NCBI GenBank assembly: GCA_012735505.1
Contig: JAAYHE010000029.1
Span: 1,988-65,987 of the forward strand
DNA length: 64,000 nt
Reading direction: 5' to 3'
From: Bacillota bacterium
Lineage (GTDB): Bacteria; Bacillota; UBA994; UBA5500
This document shows, one piece after another, positions 26,531-34,535 of this stretch. The notes beneath the pieces are model-generated. The model saw only the letters and a program-made list of their open reading frames with translations. It did no database searches and was not told where the DNA came from. The translations under genes were made by a program, and so were the position numbers. How positions within the stretch are numbered: position 1 is the stretch's first letter; each line of letters begins with the position of its first letter.

Positions 26531-27133
26531 ATGTGGAATAGCAGTAAGCTGTCAGGCGGTCTGCGCGAGATAAGTACCAGGGCAGTTTGTGCCAAGGGAC
26601 AAAAGCGTTTTCGTCAGATAGATAGCATCGCAACTAGCCAACCGGCTGAAATGGTCTTAGGGCATCGGATCACCAGCCATTCCTTTACAGCAAGGCCCAA
26701 CGTCAATTCGGTAGAAATAAAAGGTAGGTATGATGTGCATATCTGGTATACATACGCCCAAGGCGCTTTGACGGCCGTGGAGAAAAAGACTGTGCACTAC
26801 ACTGAACATCTGCCTGTGGTAGAGCTAGAGGGCACACGTTTGGGCCAAAACGAAACTGTTGAAGTCGAAGTCATCAGGGATCCATCAGTGACCAATGTGC
26901 AAGTTAGGCGCGGCGCAGTTCAAGTCGAAGTGGAAGTGGAGTTTTATGTTGAAATTACCGGAGAGACGAAACTCTGGGTAAGAGTCTACGAGCCTCCCTT
27001 TGCCGACGACAAGAAAGATAAGAAAGCGTTTGACCTTGACCTTAGCAGCGATTACTTCGATGAAGATGACTTCGATGAAGATGGGGAATATGACGACGAA
27101 TTTGAGGATGAAGACCTAGATTTCGTTCCATAA
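26531..27133 (+). CDS. cotE: spore coat morphogenetic protein CotE with an acidic C-terminal tail
   Basis: Aligns with B. subtilis CotE: RAVCAKGQKRF / KAVVAKGRKF, VEIKGRYDVHIWYTYA / VEIEGYYDINVWYSYA, VEITGETKLWV / EVVGETKVVV. It has a poly-acidic tail DEDDFDEDGEYDDEFEDEDLDFVP. Confidence 0.75.
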   Translation: MWNSSKLSGGLREISTRAVCAKGQKRFRQIDSIATSQPAEMVLGHRITSHSFTARPNVNSVEIKGRYDVHIWYTYAQGALTAVEKKTVHYTEHLPVVELEGTRLGQNETVEVEVIRDPSVTNVQVRRGAVQVEVEVEFYVEITGETKLWVRVYEPPFADDKKDKKAFDLDLSSDYFDEDDFDEDGEYDDEFEDEDLDFVP

Positions 27134-27272
27134 TCCCTCCTCTGCTGCTGCAGATGCCGTAGGACTTTGCTCCAGAGGATGACTCTGGAGTTCTTTTTTT
27201 ATAGAGGGTCTTTAGCGCACCGCTTTTCGTACAACAACATATTTTGTAGGGGATGATTGGGGGTGCAGCAGT

Positions 27273-28625
27273 GTGATCAGAGTACAGCTGTACAAATTGC
27301 CACAAACTGGCGAAATACGATTGCCAGCAAACTTTATCAAAGGACGTAGAATCAATGCTAATAACATAATCGTATCTTTTGGTCAAAGACAGGTGGAAGC
27401 TTCTCTAGAGTCCGATCCACACCCTAGTCCTCGCTTTAGGGTCGGACTAAGTTCCGACCTTATGTCTGAGCTAGGTCTAAGGTCCGGTGTCAGGCTGAGA
27501 GCATTTTGGGACGCTCGCAAGCAGCAATTTCGTTTGGGGCCTGTTGTCGCTATCATGGTCTGGCGTTATCGCAGGGTGTCGTCTGCTTGGTTGTTCGGGG
27601 CAGCAACCGACATGGCTCGCACTTTTGTGCGTTTAGCCCGGAGCAGGGGCGTAGTCGCTTATGCTTTTTCTCCTCGCGATATAGATTGGAATAGCAAAGG
27701 GGTTATCGGTTTTGTGCCCGCCGGCAGAGGTTGGCGTAGGGTAAGCCTACCTTTGCCTGATGTGGTTTATGACCGCATCCAGAGTCGGGCCTTAGACGCT
27801 ACTCGCCGCATGCAGAATGTTAAGCGACAACTGATGGCTCTAGAAGGTTTGCATTATTTTAACCCGTGTTTTCTAGATAAATGGGATACTTATCAGGCTT
27901 TAGTGAAAGACCCGATAGTTCAGCGCTACTTGCCTAGGACTGAAAAATTAACTTCCTTGGATCAATTGGGCCCTTGGTTGCGCACTTACCCGACGGTTTA
28001 TATTAAACCCTCACGCGGTTCCTTAGGTCTTGGCATCGTTAAAATATCCCGCATGGCAAGAGGCTTTCGCTACCAACGTATCCGCATGGGGGGAGGTAGT
28101 CAGGCTGGCTTGTGCAGTTCACTCCCTAAACTGGAGCGACGCCTGCGGAACATACTGCCCAAACGAACTATGATTATCCAGCAAGGCTTGCGTTTGGCCC
28201 GATACAAAGGCAGGCCTTACGACATTCGGGTCATGGTACAGAAAACGACCCGAGGCAATTGGGTGTGCACCAATATGATTGCCCGGGTAGCATCAGCCGG
28301 TAGCGCCGTTTCTAATGTAGCCGAAGGAGGGACGATGATTTCCGTGCGCCGAGCTATCCGTGGCTCGCTAAGGATCAATGTTGGATCAGCCGTGCGTCGT
28401 ATTCGCCGAGGGGCGAGACTGATCGCTAGAGCTGTTGAAGAACAATACGGGCAAGAGTTCGGAGAGTTCGGCATCGACATGGCCTTAGATAGGCGTGGCA
28501 GGGTTTGGCTGATTGAAGTAAATGCAAAGCCTGGTAGGCAGACCGACGAACCGGGAACGCCTCCTTCTATGCGGCGGGTTACTCGTTACGCCATAGCGAA
28601 AGCAGGGTTTAGCGAAAGGGGGTGA
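27273..28625 (+). CDS. YheC/YheD-family ATP-grasp enzyme with an N-terminal tandem swapped-hairpin (AbrB/MraZ-like) module
   Basis: ATP-grasp C-terminal motifs (GLRLARYKGRPYDIRVMV, SNVAEGG, IDMALDRRGRVWLIEVNAKPG). They are shared with 30173.., 31252.. and 32597... The N-terminal roughly 100 aa carry two AbrB-like hairpin repeats. Confidence 0.7.
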   Translation: MIRVQLYKLPQTGEIRLPANFIKGRRINANNIIVSFGQRQVEASLESDPHPSPRFRVGLSSDLMSELGLRSGVRLRAFWDARKQQFRLGPVVAIMVWRYRRVSSAWLFGAATDMARTFVRLARSRGVVAYAFSPRDIDWNSKGVIGFVPAGRGWRRVSLPLPDVVYDRIQSRALDATRRMQNVKRQLMALEGLHYFNPCFLDKWDTYQALVKDPIVQRYLPRTEKLTSLDQLGPWLRTYPTVYIKPSRGSLGLGIVKISRMARGFRYQRIRMGGGSQAGLCSSLPKLERRLRNILPKRTMIIQQGLRLARYKGRPYDIRVMVQKTTRGNWVCTNMIARVASAGSAVSNVAEGGTMISVRRAIRGSLRINVGSAVRRIRRGARLIARAVEEQYGQEFGEFGIDMALDRRGRVWLIEVNAKPGRQTDEPGTPPSMRRVTRYAIAKAGFSERG

Positions 28626-28629
28626 GCTA

Positions 28630-30042
28630 GTGGCGCGGAGCCTAGTTATTATGCCTTCTGAAACTAATCGGGCTATCTTAGCAGAGCTGTTGCCCGATGT
28701 AGTTGTCAGCCCCACCTATCAAACGGGAGCTTGGCGTTTCATCATTCGCTTCGGTGATGCAACAGGAAGTGATGACAACGCACTAGTTCTCAATCGGGCT
28801 AGTGCATTGGCCACACCCGATCTAACTGCTAAGGCTCAAGAACATTGGCGAGCCAGTTCCTTACGGTATCACAAGCCGGAAAACAGGGTTACTTTCTATA
28901 AAAGATACCGGGTGCAGGTTTTTGACTGTACCGCTATTTACATGCAAAGGGTTGAAATTGGCAGCCGCCGGGTACGTGTCATACGGCCGAACTTGTCTCG
29001 AGAAACACGGCGTGTAAGTGAACTGGCTTGGCGCGCCTTATATACAGCTGGTTTAGATATAGGTGCAGTAGATATTGGCCTCTCTAGTAGTGGCAAGTTA
29101 TATGTTCTGAGTATCAATCCGTGCCCTCGCTTTAATAGAGCCATTGGGGCAGCATATGCGCGGCACATAACAGCTTGGATGCAGCGGATGGAAGGTCGTG
29201 GAGCTGCTGGCCCCTTGCGATCTTTACTCAACCCTCAAGAAAATGAGTGCCCCCAATACCTGCTGGGGGCAGATCCCGAGTTTACCTTGCGTGACGCTCG
29301 CACGGGGCGCATGGTTTTTGCCTCGGATTATTTCCCGATGCAGGGAGTCATTGGTTGCGATGCTCGGCGCGTAAGGCTAGGCCGGTCCGGTTATCCTCTA
29401 GCCGAGGTAAGGCCTGCTCCAACCCAATGCCCCTTAGAGCTTTACGAAAGCATTCGCGATCTCCTATTGATGGCCCACCGCAAGGTTCCTCGCCGCTACA
29501 TCCAGTGGCGAGCTGGAACTTTACCATTCAGCCAACTGCCGGTTGGAGGACACATCCATTTTAGTATGTTACCTACTAACCATTTTTTACGAGCACTAGA
29601 TAATAGTTTAGCTGTTGTTTTCCTAATGCTAGAAAACCCTGGAGCGGCTCGCAGACGGCGCCGCAGTTATGGTTGGTTGGGTGACTATCGTCTCAAAAAG
29701 CATGGCGGATTTGAATATCGTGCTATCCCTAGTTGGCTAGTCAGTCCAGTATTTGCCCGCGGGGCTTTGTGTTTGGCCAAAGTTATAGGGTGTGACTGGC
29801 ATCGTTGGCGTTACGATTTTTTCCTCCGTCCTGAAGCCCAAGTTGCCTTTAAAAGAGCTGATCAAGATTACTTTCGAGTCGAATTAGCGAAAGTGCTTGT
29901 AGCTATTAGGTCGTTATCTAGTTATGTCAAATATTCCCAAGAAATCGAGGCGCTGTTGAATTACGTTGAGCAAGGACGGCGCTGGACTACAGCGACCGAC
30001 ATCAGACGCAGTTGGCGATTACGCGCTTCTAGTCGCACTTAG
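28630..30042 (+). CDS. fusion protein: truncated ATP-grasp C-terminal subdomain plus COOH-NH2 ligase-like (glutamine-synthetase-fold amidoligase) domain
   Basis: The N-terminal roughly 190 aa match only the C-terminal lobe of the neighbouring ATP-grasps (AVDIGLSSSGKLYVLSINPCP). The C-terminal roughly 270 aa have GADPEF...GGHIHFS motifs reminiscent of GCS2 / phiEco32-like COOH-NH2 ligases. Confidence 0.5.
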   Translation: MARSLVIMPSETNRAILAELLPDVVVSPTYQTGAWRFIIRFGDATGSDDNALVLNRASALATPDLTAKAQEHWRASSLRYHKPENRVTFYKRYRVQVFDCTAIYMQRVEIGSRRVRVIRPNLSRETRRVSELAWRALYTAGLDIGAVDIGLSSSGKLYVLSINPCPRFNRAIGAAYARHITAWMQRMEGRGAAGPLRSLLNPQENECPQYLLGADPEFTLRDARTGRMVFASDYFPMQGVIGCDARRVRLGRSGYPLAEVRPAPTQCPLELYESIRDLLLMAHRKVPRRYIQWRAGTLPFSQLPVGGHIHFSMLPTNHFLRALDNSLAVVFLMLENPGAARRRRRSYGWLGDYRLKKHGGFEYRAIPSWLVSPVFARGALCLAKVIGCDWHRWRYDFFLRPEAQVAFKRADQDYFRVELAKVLVAIRSLSSYVKYSQEIEALLNYVEQGRRWTTATDIRRSWRLRASSRT

Positions 30043-30045
30043 CGC

Positions 30046-30109
30046 GGGCACAAGGTTTTCGCGAAAACCATATATTGTACTACTATAGGAAACATCCTTC
30101 CTTGTGCCC
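30046..30109 (+). promoter_or_regulatory. nested inverted repeats between paralogs 2 and 3 (gggcacaagg...ccttgtgccc enclosing palindrome ggttttcgcgaaaacc)
   Basis: 10-bp perfect arms at 30046-30055 and 30100-30109, and a 16-bp perfect palindrome at 30054-30069. No U-tract follows. Confidence 0.3.
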
Positions 30110-30172
30110 ACGTGTGGCTGGGCTGTAATGAGACGGGTACACCAGAGGGAGAGGCAGTGGGGGTGGCTATAT

Positions 30173-31255
30173 ATGGTAAAGGGTAGAGACTTAGTAGGGG
30201 TGCTATCTATCCGCCGGCCTGGTCCGCGTCCTTTTGCAGAAGGTAGATTCTTTCGGGAATTGATGTGGGCAGGCCGGCAAGTTGGCATACGACTAATTAT
30301 ATTTAGCCCGTTGGACATCGACTGGGAGAGGGGTAGAGTCTTAGGTTTTGTTTATGTGCCCAGTAGGGGCTGGCGGTCCAGATATTATCCTGTTCCGCGC
30401 CTTATTTACGACCGTTTGTTTCCCAGCTCTGGTACCTGGGGGTTGTACTATAACCAAGTTATCCGCATGCGGCGTGTTTTTCGGGTAAGAATGCTGAACC
30501 GAGGTTTGCGTGGGAAATGGCAGATGTATCGCATTGTGAGAAGGTACGAGGATCTACGGCCCTATCTGCCCGAAACTCGCCTCGGCAGTTACCGCAACTT
30601 GTCTGTCATGTTAGCCAAATACAGTACCGTATTCGTTAAGCCTGTTTTTGGCAGTGGTGGCAAAGGCATTTGCCGCATCCAAAGGGGACGCGACGGTTAT
30701 TTGGTCGATAGGAGTGGCAGGCCGCGCATTCGCACGCACTCTCTATTAGGCGTCATCTATGCTTTAGGGGGCATAAATCGGCGTTATCTGATTCAGCAAG
30801 GCTTGAAGCTCAACTACTTAAACGGGAGAACTTTTGATGTTCGCAGCATCGTGCAAAGGAACGGTCAAGGCGAATGGCAGGTTTCCGGCAAAGCGATCCG
30901 AGCTGGTCGACGGGGCAGAATTACTTCCAATTTACATACGGGAGGCCGGGCCTACAACGTTTCTTCCGTATTGCAGCAGTATTTTCCTGATCGAGCTGAA
31001 GAGATTGAAAAAGAAATGGAAGCATTGGCAGTACGAGTGGCAGAGGTCATGAGTCAGCGTGCGGGTCCTCTATGCGACCTAGGACTAGATATGGGCGTAG
31101 ATGTTAATGGTAAAGTATGGTTGATAGAGGTTAACTCTAAGCCAGGGCGCACTGTCTTTCTGCGCATGGGCGATCGAGAAGGCCGGCGCCGGGTTGTGCA
31201 GACGTTAATGGAATATGCCCGCTATCAGATAGATCAACAGCGTCAGAGGAGGTGA
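30173..31255 (+). CDS. YheC/YheD-family ATP-grasp enzyme (no N-terminal extension)
   Basis: Motifs GLKLNYLNGRTFDVRSIV, GRITSNLHTGG, LDMGVDVNGKVWLIEVNSKPG. ATG at 30173 follows GGGGGTGG. The ORF track starts at 30104. Confidence 0.7.
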   Translation: MVKGRDLVGVLSIRRPGPRPFAEGRFFRELMWAGRQVGIRLIIFSPLDIDWERGRVLGFVYVPSRGWRSRYYPVPRLIYDRLFPSSGTWGLYYNQVIRMRRVFRVRMLNRGLRGKWQMYRIVRRYEDLRPYLPETRLGSYRNLSVMLAKYSTVFVKPVFGSGGKGICRIQRGRDGYLVDRSGRPRIRTHSLLGVIYALGGINRRYLIQQGLKLNYLNGRTFDVRSIVQRNGQGEWQVSGKAIRAGRRGRITSNLHTGGRAYNVSSVLQQYFPDRAEEIEKEMEALAVRVAEVMSQRAGPLCDLGLDMGVDVNGKVWLIEVNSKPGRTVFLRMGDREGRRRVVQTLMEYARYQIDQQRQRR

Positions 31256-32619
31256 TACCGGATATGGTGGAAACAGGTTATGCGCGGGTGCTTGGTTATG
31301 CTAGCGAATCAGCTTCGTGTATTTTGCCCCGCAGTTTGCTCGCCCGTCTCGGCTGGCGCCAAGGCGACATAGTCAATATAGCTTTCGGCCGTGCCAGCAG
31401 GCCCGTTAAGTTAAGGGCAGGCGATGACGATGTTTGGCGGGTTTCTACCGACTTGTTGCGCCATATAGGTCTTCGTCCCAGGAAATGGCTCTATTGCGTT
31501 GACACTGGGCGCAAGTTGATACGCTTTGGTCCATTAATCGGGATTATGACAACTTGGCATGTTACTCCGTATTTTCGTTCTGTGATGCGAGCAGCTGCCC
31601 GCAAAGGTATGATGGCGGTTGTTTTTAGACCCTATGACTTGCGCCTTGGTGGCAGGCAAATGAGTGCCTGGGCTCTGGTTGGCGGCGGAATGCAGAGAAT
31701 ACGGGTCCCTTGGCCCGATGTGGTTTATAACCGCATCCCCAACCGGGGGGGAGAATTGTTAGGCAGCACTAGAGCCTGCAGACGATTATTAGCACGCGCT
31801 TCAATCCCTGTTTTTAATAGCAAATTTTTTCATAAATGGCGCATCCATCGCCTCCTGCGGAGAGATGAACAGGCTAGGCAATATTTACCTGAGACACAAC
31901 CCATGGTTAGTATGAAACAAGCACGTCAGTTTTTGCACAAATACCCGATGATTTATCTCAAACCCAATGGCGGTAGTAAGGGACAAGGAATTGTACGCAT
32001 TAGGCGTGGGCAAGGGTACTCGGTCTCTTTCCGTCGGGGTCACCATAATTTCCAGCGTACATGTACCAGTTGGCTTGAGGCAGGAAATTTAGCCAGAAGA
32101 GGTATGCATAGACGGACTTACGTTGTGCAGGAAGGTGTGCCCTTAGCTAGGTACCATGGGCGTCCTTTCGACGTGCGGGTAACGTTATACAAGAATGGAA
32201 ATGGGGAATGGATTCCCTGCGGTCCAGCAGCAAAAATAGCCGGGCGGGGTAGCATCACAACCCATGTGGCTAACGGAGGACGAGTAGTTCCATTAGATCG
32301 AGTGCTCCGCCACGTCTTCGGCAGCGAGGCAGAGACAATGCGAGTGCGGATTGAAACGGCTTCTATAGACTTGGCTCGCGCGGTAGAACGGGTAACCGGG
32401 CTCGAATTGGGTGAGCTGGGATTAGACATCGGTCTTACTACCCAAGGCCGTGTTGCGATGTTTGAAGCCAATAGCAAGCCTGGCCGTGCCATCTTTGCGG
32501 CTGCTTGGAATCGTGACGATAGGCGGAAATCGTTATCGTACCTATGTGATTATGCCGCTTCTTTAGCAGGGTTTACGAATAGCGGGGTGAAGACTGATGC
32601 CAAAACTGCTAACTGTTAG
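31252..32619 (+). CDS. YheC/YheD-family ATP-grasp enzyme with an N-terminal tandem swapped-hairpin module
   Basis: Motifs GVPLARYHGRPFDVRVTL, GSITTHVANGG, LDIGLTTQGRVAMFEANSKPG. The N-terminus has CILPRSLLARLGWRQGDIVNIAF and WRVSTDLLRHIGLRPRKWLYCVDTGRKLIRF. The start is ambiguous (GTG 31252 or ATG 31264). Confidence 0.7.
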   Translation: MIPDMVETGYARVLGYASESASCILPRSLLARLGWRQGDIVNIAFGRASRPVKLRAGDDDVWRVSTDLLRHIGLRPRKWLYCVDTGRKLIRFGPLIGIMTTWHVTPYFRSVMRAAARKGMMAVVFRPYDLRLGGRQMSAWALVGGGMQRIRVPWPDVVYNRIPNRGGELLGSTRACRRLLARASIPVFNSKFFHKWRIHRLLRRDEQARQYLPETQPMVSMKQARQFLHKYPMIYLKPNGGSKGQGIVRIRRGQGYSVSFRRGHHNFQRTCTSWLEAGNLARRGMHRRTYVVQEGVPLARYHGRPFDVRVTLYKNGNGEWIPCGPAAKIAGRGSITTHVANGGRVVPLDRVLRHVFGSEAETMRVRIETASIDLARAVERVTGLELGELGLDIGLTTQGRVAMFEANSKPGRAIFAAAWNRDDRRKSLSYLCDYAASLAGFTNSGVKTDAKTANC

Positions 32620-33895
32620 GGTGTCATTCGCTGGCACAAGTAAGATTAACCTCCATCTGCCCGGATGCAAAAATGAATCTGTATCCCTCAGTATGGGATC
32701 TTTTAACGCCCTTGCACAAATGCAACCGGCAGACACAGCCGAGTTGGTCCTACATCGCACAGCTGCCCGTCAGATGGGGTTAAGGGATAAAGAAAAAATA
32801 GCTTATTACCGGCAGGGTAAAACCGTTAAGACAGGGCCTGTAGTAGGAATCTTAACCGCAGGCCAAGGTGTAGTTCCGGGGAACCGCGAGATGTTTCGAT
32901 TCGTGCAAAGGGCCTGCCAGCAGGCGGGCCTGGTGGCTTATGTTTTTACCCCAGCTGATGTAGATTGGACGCGCAACGTGGTCAGGGGATATCAATATCG
33001 TCAGGGACGCTGGCAATCTCGCCGTTTTCCTTTGCCCGACGTCGTCTATAATCGTGTCCCCAATCGGCAATTGGAGAGGGGTAGCGCCGTACGGTTGGTT
33101 AAACAGCGCCTGCGTTCTCGCGGCATTCCTTATTATAACTCCCATTATCTTAATAAATATGACTTGTATCGCATCTTGAGAGACACCGAAGTAGAGCCCC
33201 ACTTACCTTGGACCAGATCAGTAAGCAAAACTAGCGATATCGCAGGCGCCTTAAGACGGTTTGGCAGTGTTTACCTAAAGCCTAAACATGCTTTTGCTGG
33301 CAAAGGTATTTTGCGCGTCGATCTGCGGCCGTCTGGCTGGACTCTAAGATATCGTATGGGTCGTAATAGGGAAGTTAATGGCAGCACTCTAGCCGCTTTG
33401 TGGCCTGTACTTCATCGCCATATGGGCGGAAAAGGCTACGTGGTGCAGCAAGCTATACCTTTAGCACGCTATCAGGGGAGAGCTTTCGATGTGCGGTTGC
33501 TGGCACAGAAAAATGAGGCAGGTTACTGGCAAGTAACTGGCATGGGAATTCGCGTTGCTGGTAAGGGTAGCATCACAACACATGTTCCCAATGGTGGCTT
33601 TATCGCATCTGCTGATAAGGTCATTCCCGAGGTGTTCGGTTCACAAGCAGCTGAGGTTAGAGAAAATGTCGTGCGCTTAGCCCTTATGGTGGCACCCATC
33701 GTAGAAAAAAGTAGTCGGGGGCTATTTGGCGAGATGTCCATGGACATTGGTATTGATAGACAAGGGTGGCCTTGGTTCTTTGAAGCCAACGCCAAACCCA
33801 TGCGTTTTGACGAATCAGGTATCAGGAGGCGAGGGTTGGCGACCTTGGTCGCATATGCGAAATATCTCGCAGGAGTGCCCGAGGGAGGAGGGTAG
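32597..33895 (+). CDS. YheC/YheD-family ATP-grasp enzyme (single N-terminal hairpin-like motif)
   Basis: Motifs AIPLARYQGRAFDVRLLA, GSITTHVPNGG, MDIGIDRQGWPWFFEANAKP. It overlaps the previous gene by 23 nt. Confidence 0.7.
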   Translation: MPKLLTVRVSFAGTSKINLHLPGCKNESVSLSMGSFNALAQMQPADTAELVLHRTAARQMGLRDKEKIAYYRQGKTVKTGPVVGILTAGQGVVPGNREMFRFVQRACQQAGLVAYVFTPADVDWTRNVVRGYQYRQGRWQSRRFPLPDVVYNRVPNRQLERGSAVRLVKQRLRSRGIPYYNSHYLNKYDLYRILRDTEVEPHLPWTRSVSKTSDIAGALRRFGSVYLKPKHAFAGKGILRVDLRPSGWTLRYRMGRNREVNGSTLAALWPVLHRHMGGKGYVVQQAIPLARYQGRAFDVRLLAQKNEAGYWQVTGMGIRVAGKGSITTHVPNGGFIASADKVIPEVFGSQAAEVRENVVRLALMVAPIVEKSSRGLFGEMSMDIGIDRQGWPWFFEANAKPMRFDESGIRRRGLATLVAYAKYLAGVPEGGG

Positions 33896-33901
33896 CAAGG
33901 C

Positions 33902-34372
33902 ATGGTAAGGTACCAGCGCATCACTGAGCTTGATTTGGCGCGGCACAGGAGAGCTATGTTGCGCCTGATACGAGCCCACGGTGATAGGCACATCACACGT
34001 AAAGCCTACCAGAATTTGCGTACCATGCGGCCCGCGAGGTTAGCGCGAGAGGGGAATGTGATCTGGACAGCTTGGGATGGCGATCTCTTAGTAGGTGTGA
34101 TTATTTGTGAAAGTTATGGTAAGCGTACTTCTTTTTCAGTTGTGCGCAAGAGTCACCGGTCGCGCGGAATTGCTAAGGCACTTTTACTGCGTGCAGTAAA
34201 CTCTATGGGTAGGTTTTATGCCGAGGTAGCGTCTGATAACCTGGCTAGCATGAAAGTGCTATTTGGCATGGGTATGGTAGCCTACGATGCTTTCGTGCGC
34301 TATGGCAAAATCATCTTACGTGTACGTAATGGCTTCAACGTTTCATCGCTTGAGGAAGAAGACCGTGGGTGA
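33902..34372 (+). CDS. GNAT-fold acetyltransferase-like protein
   Basis: 156 aa with an acyl-CoA-binding-like segment VVRKSHRSRGIAKALL. It follows the last ATP-grasp gene by 6 nt and has a GGGAGGAGGG RBS. Confidence 0.45.
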   Translation: MVRYQRITELDLARHRRAMLRLIRAHGDRHITRKAYQNLRTMRPARLAREGNVIWTAWDGDLLVGVIICESYGKRTSFSVVRKSHRSRGIAKALLLRAVNSMGRFYAEVASDNLASMKVLFGMGMVAYDAFVRYGKIILRVRNGFNVSSLEEEDRG

Positions 34373-34535
34373 AATATTAATCAGGCCGCGACCTGTTGGG
34401 AGAGTCTCCGACAGGTTGTGGCCTGATTGTTTAAGTGAAGGTCTCTTTTGCTTCCTGGCTCAGGCAAGCATAAAGTTAAAGTCCGCCCCATAGAAATGAA
34501 ACGATGGAGAATACTGCGGGGAAGGAGCGATTGGC

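Noticed and set aside
26380-26595. 71-aa minus-strand ORF overlapping the cotE start
   Set aside because: It lies in the cotE promoter/RBS region with no RBS or family signature. It overlaps the well-supported cotE start.
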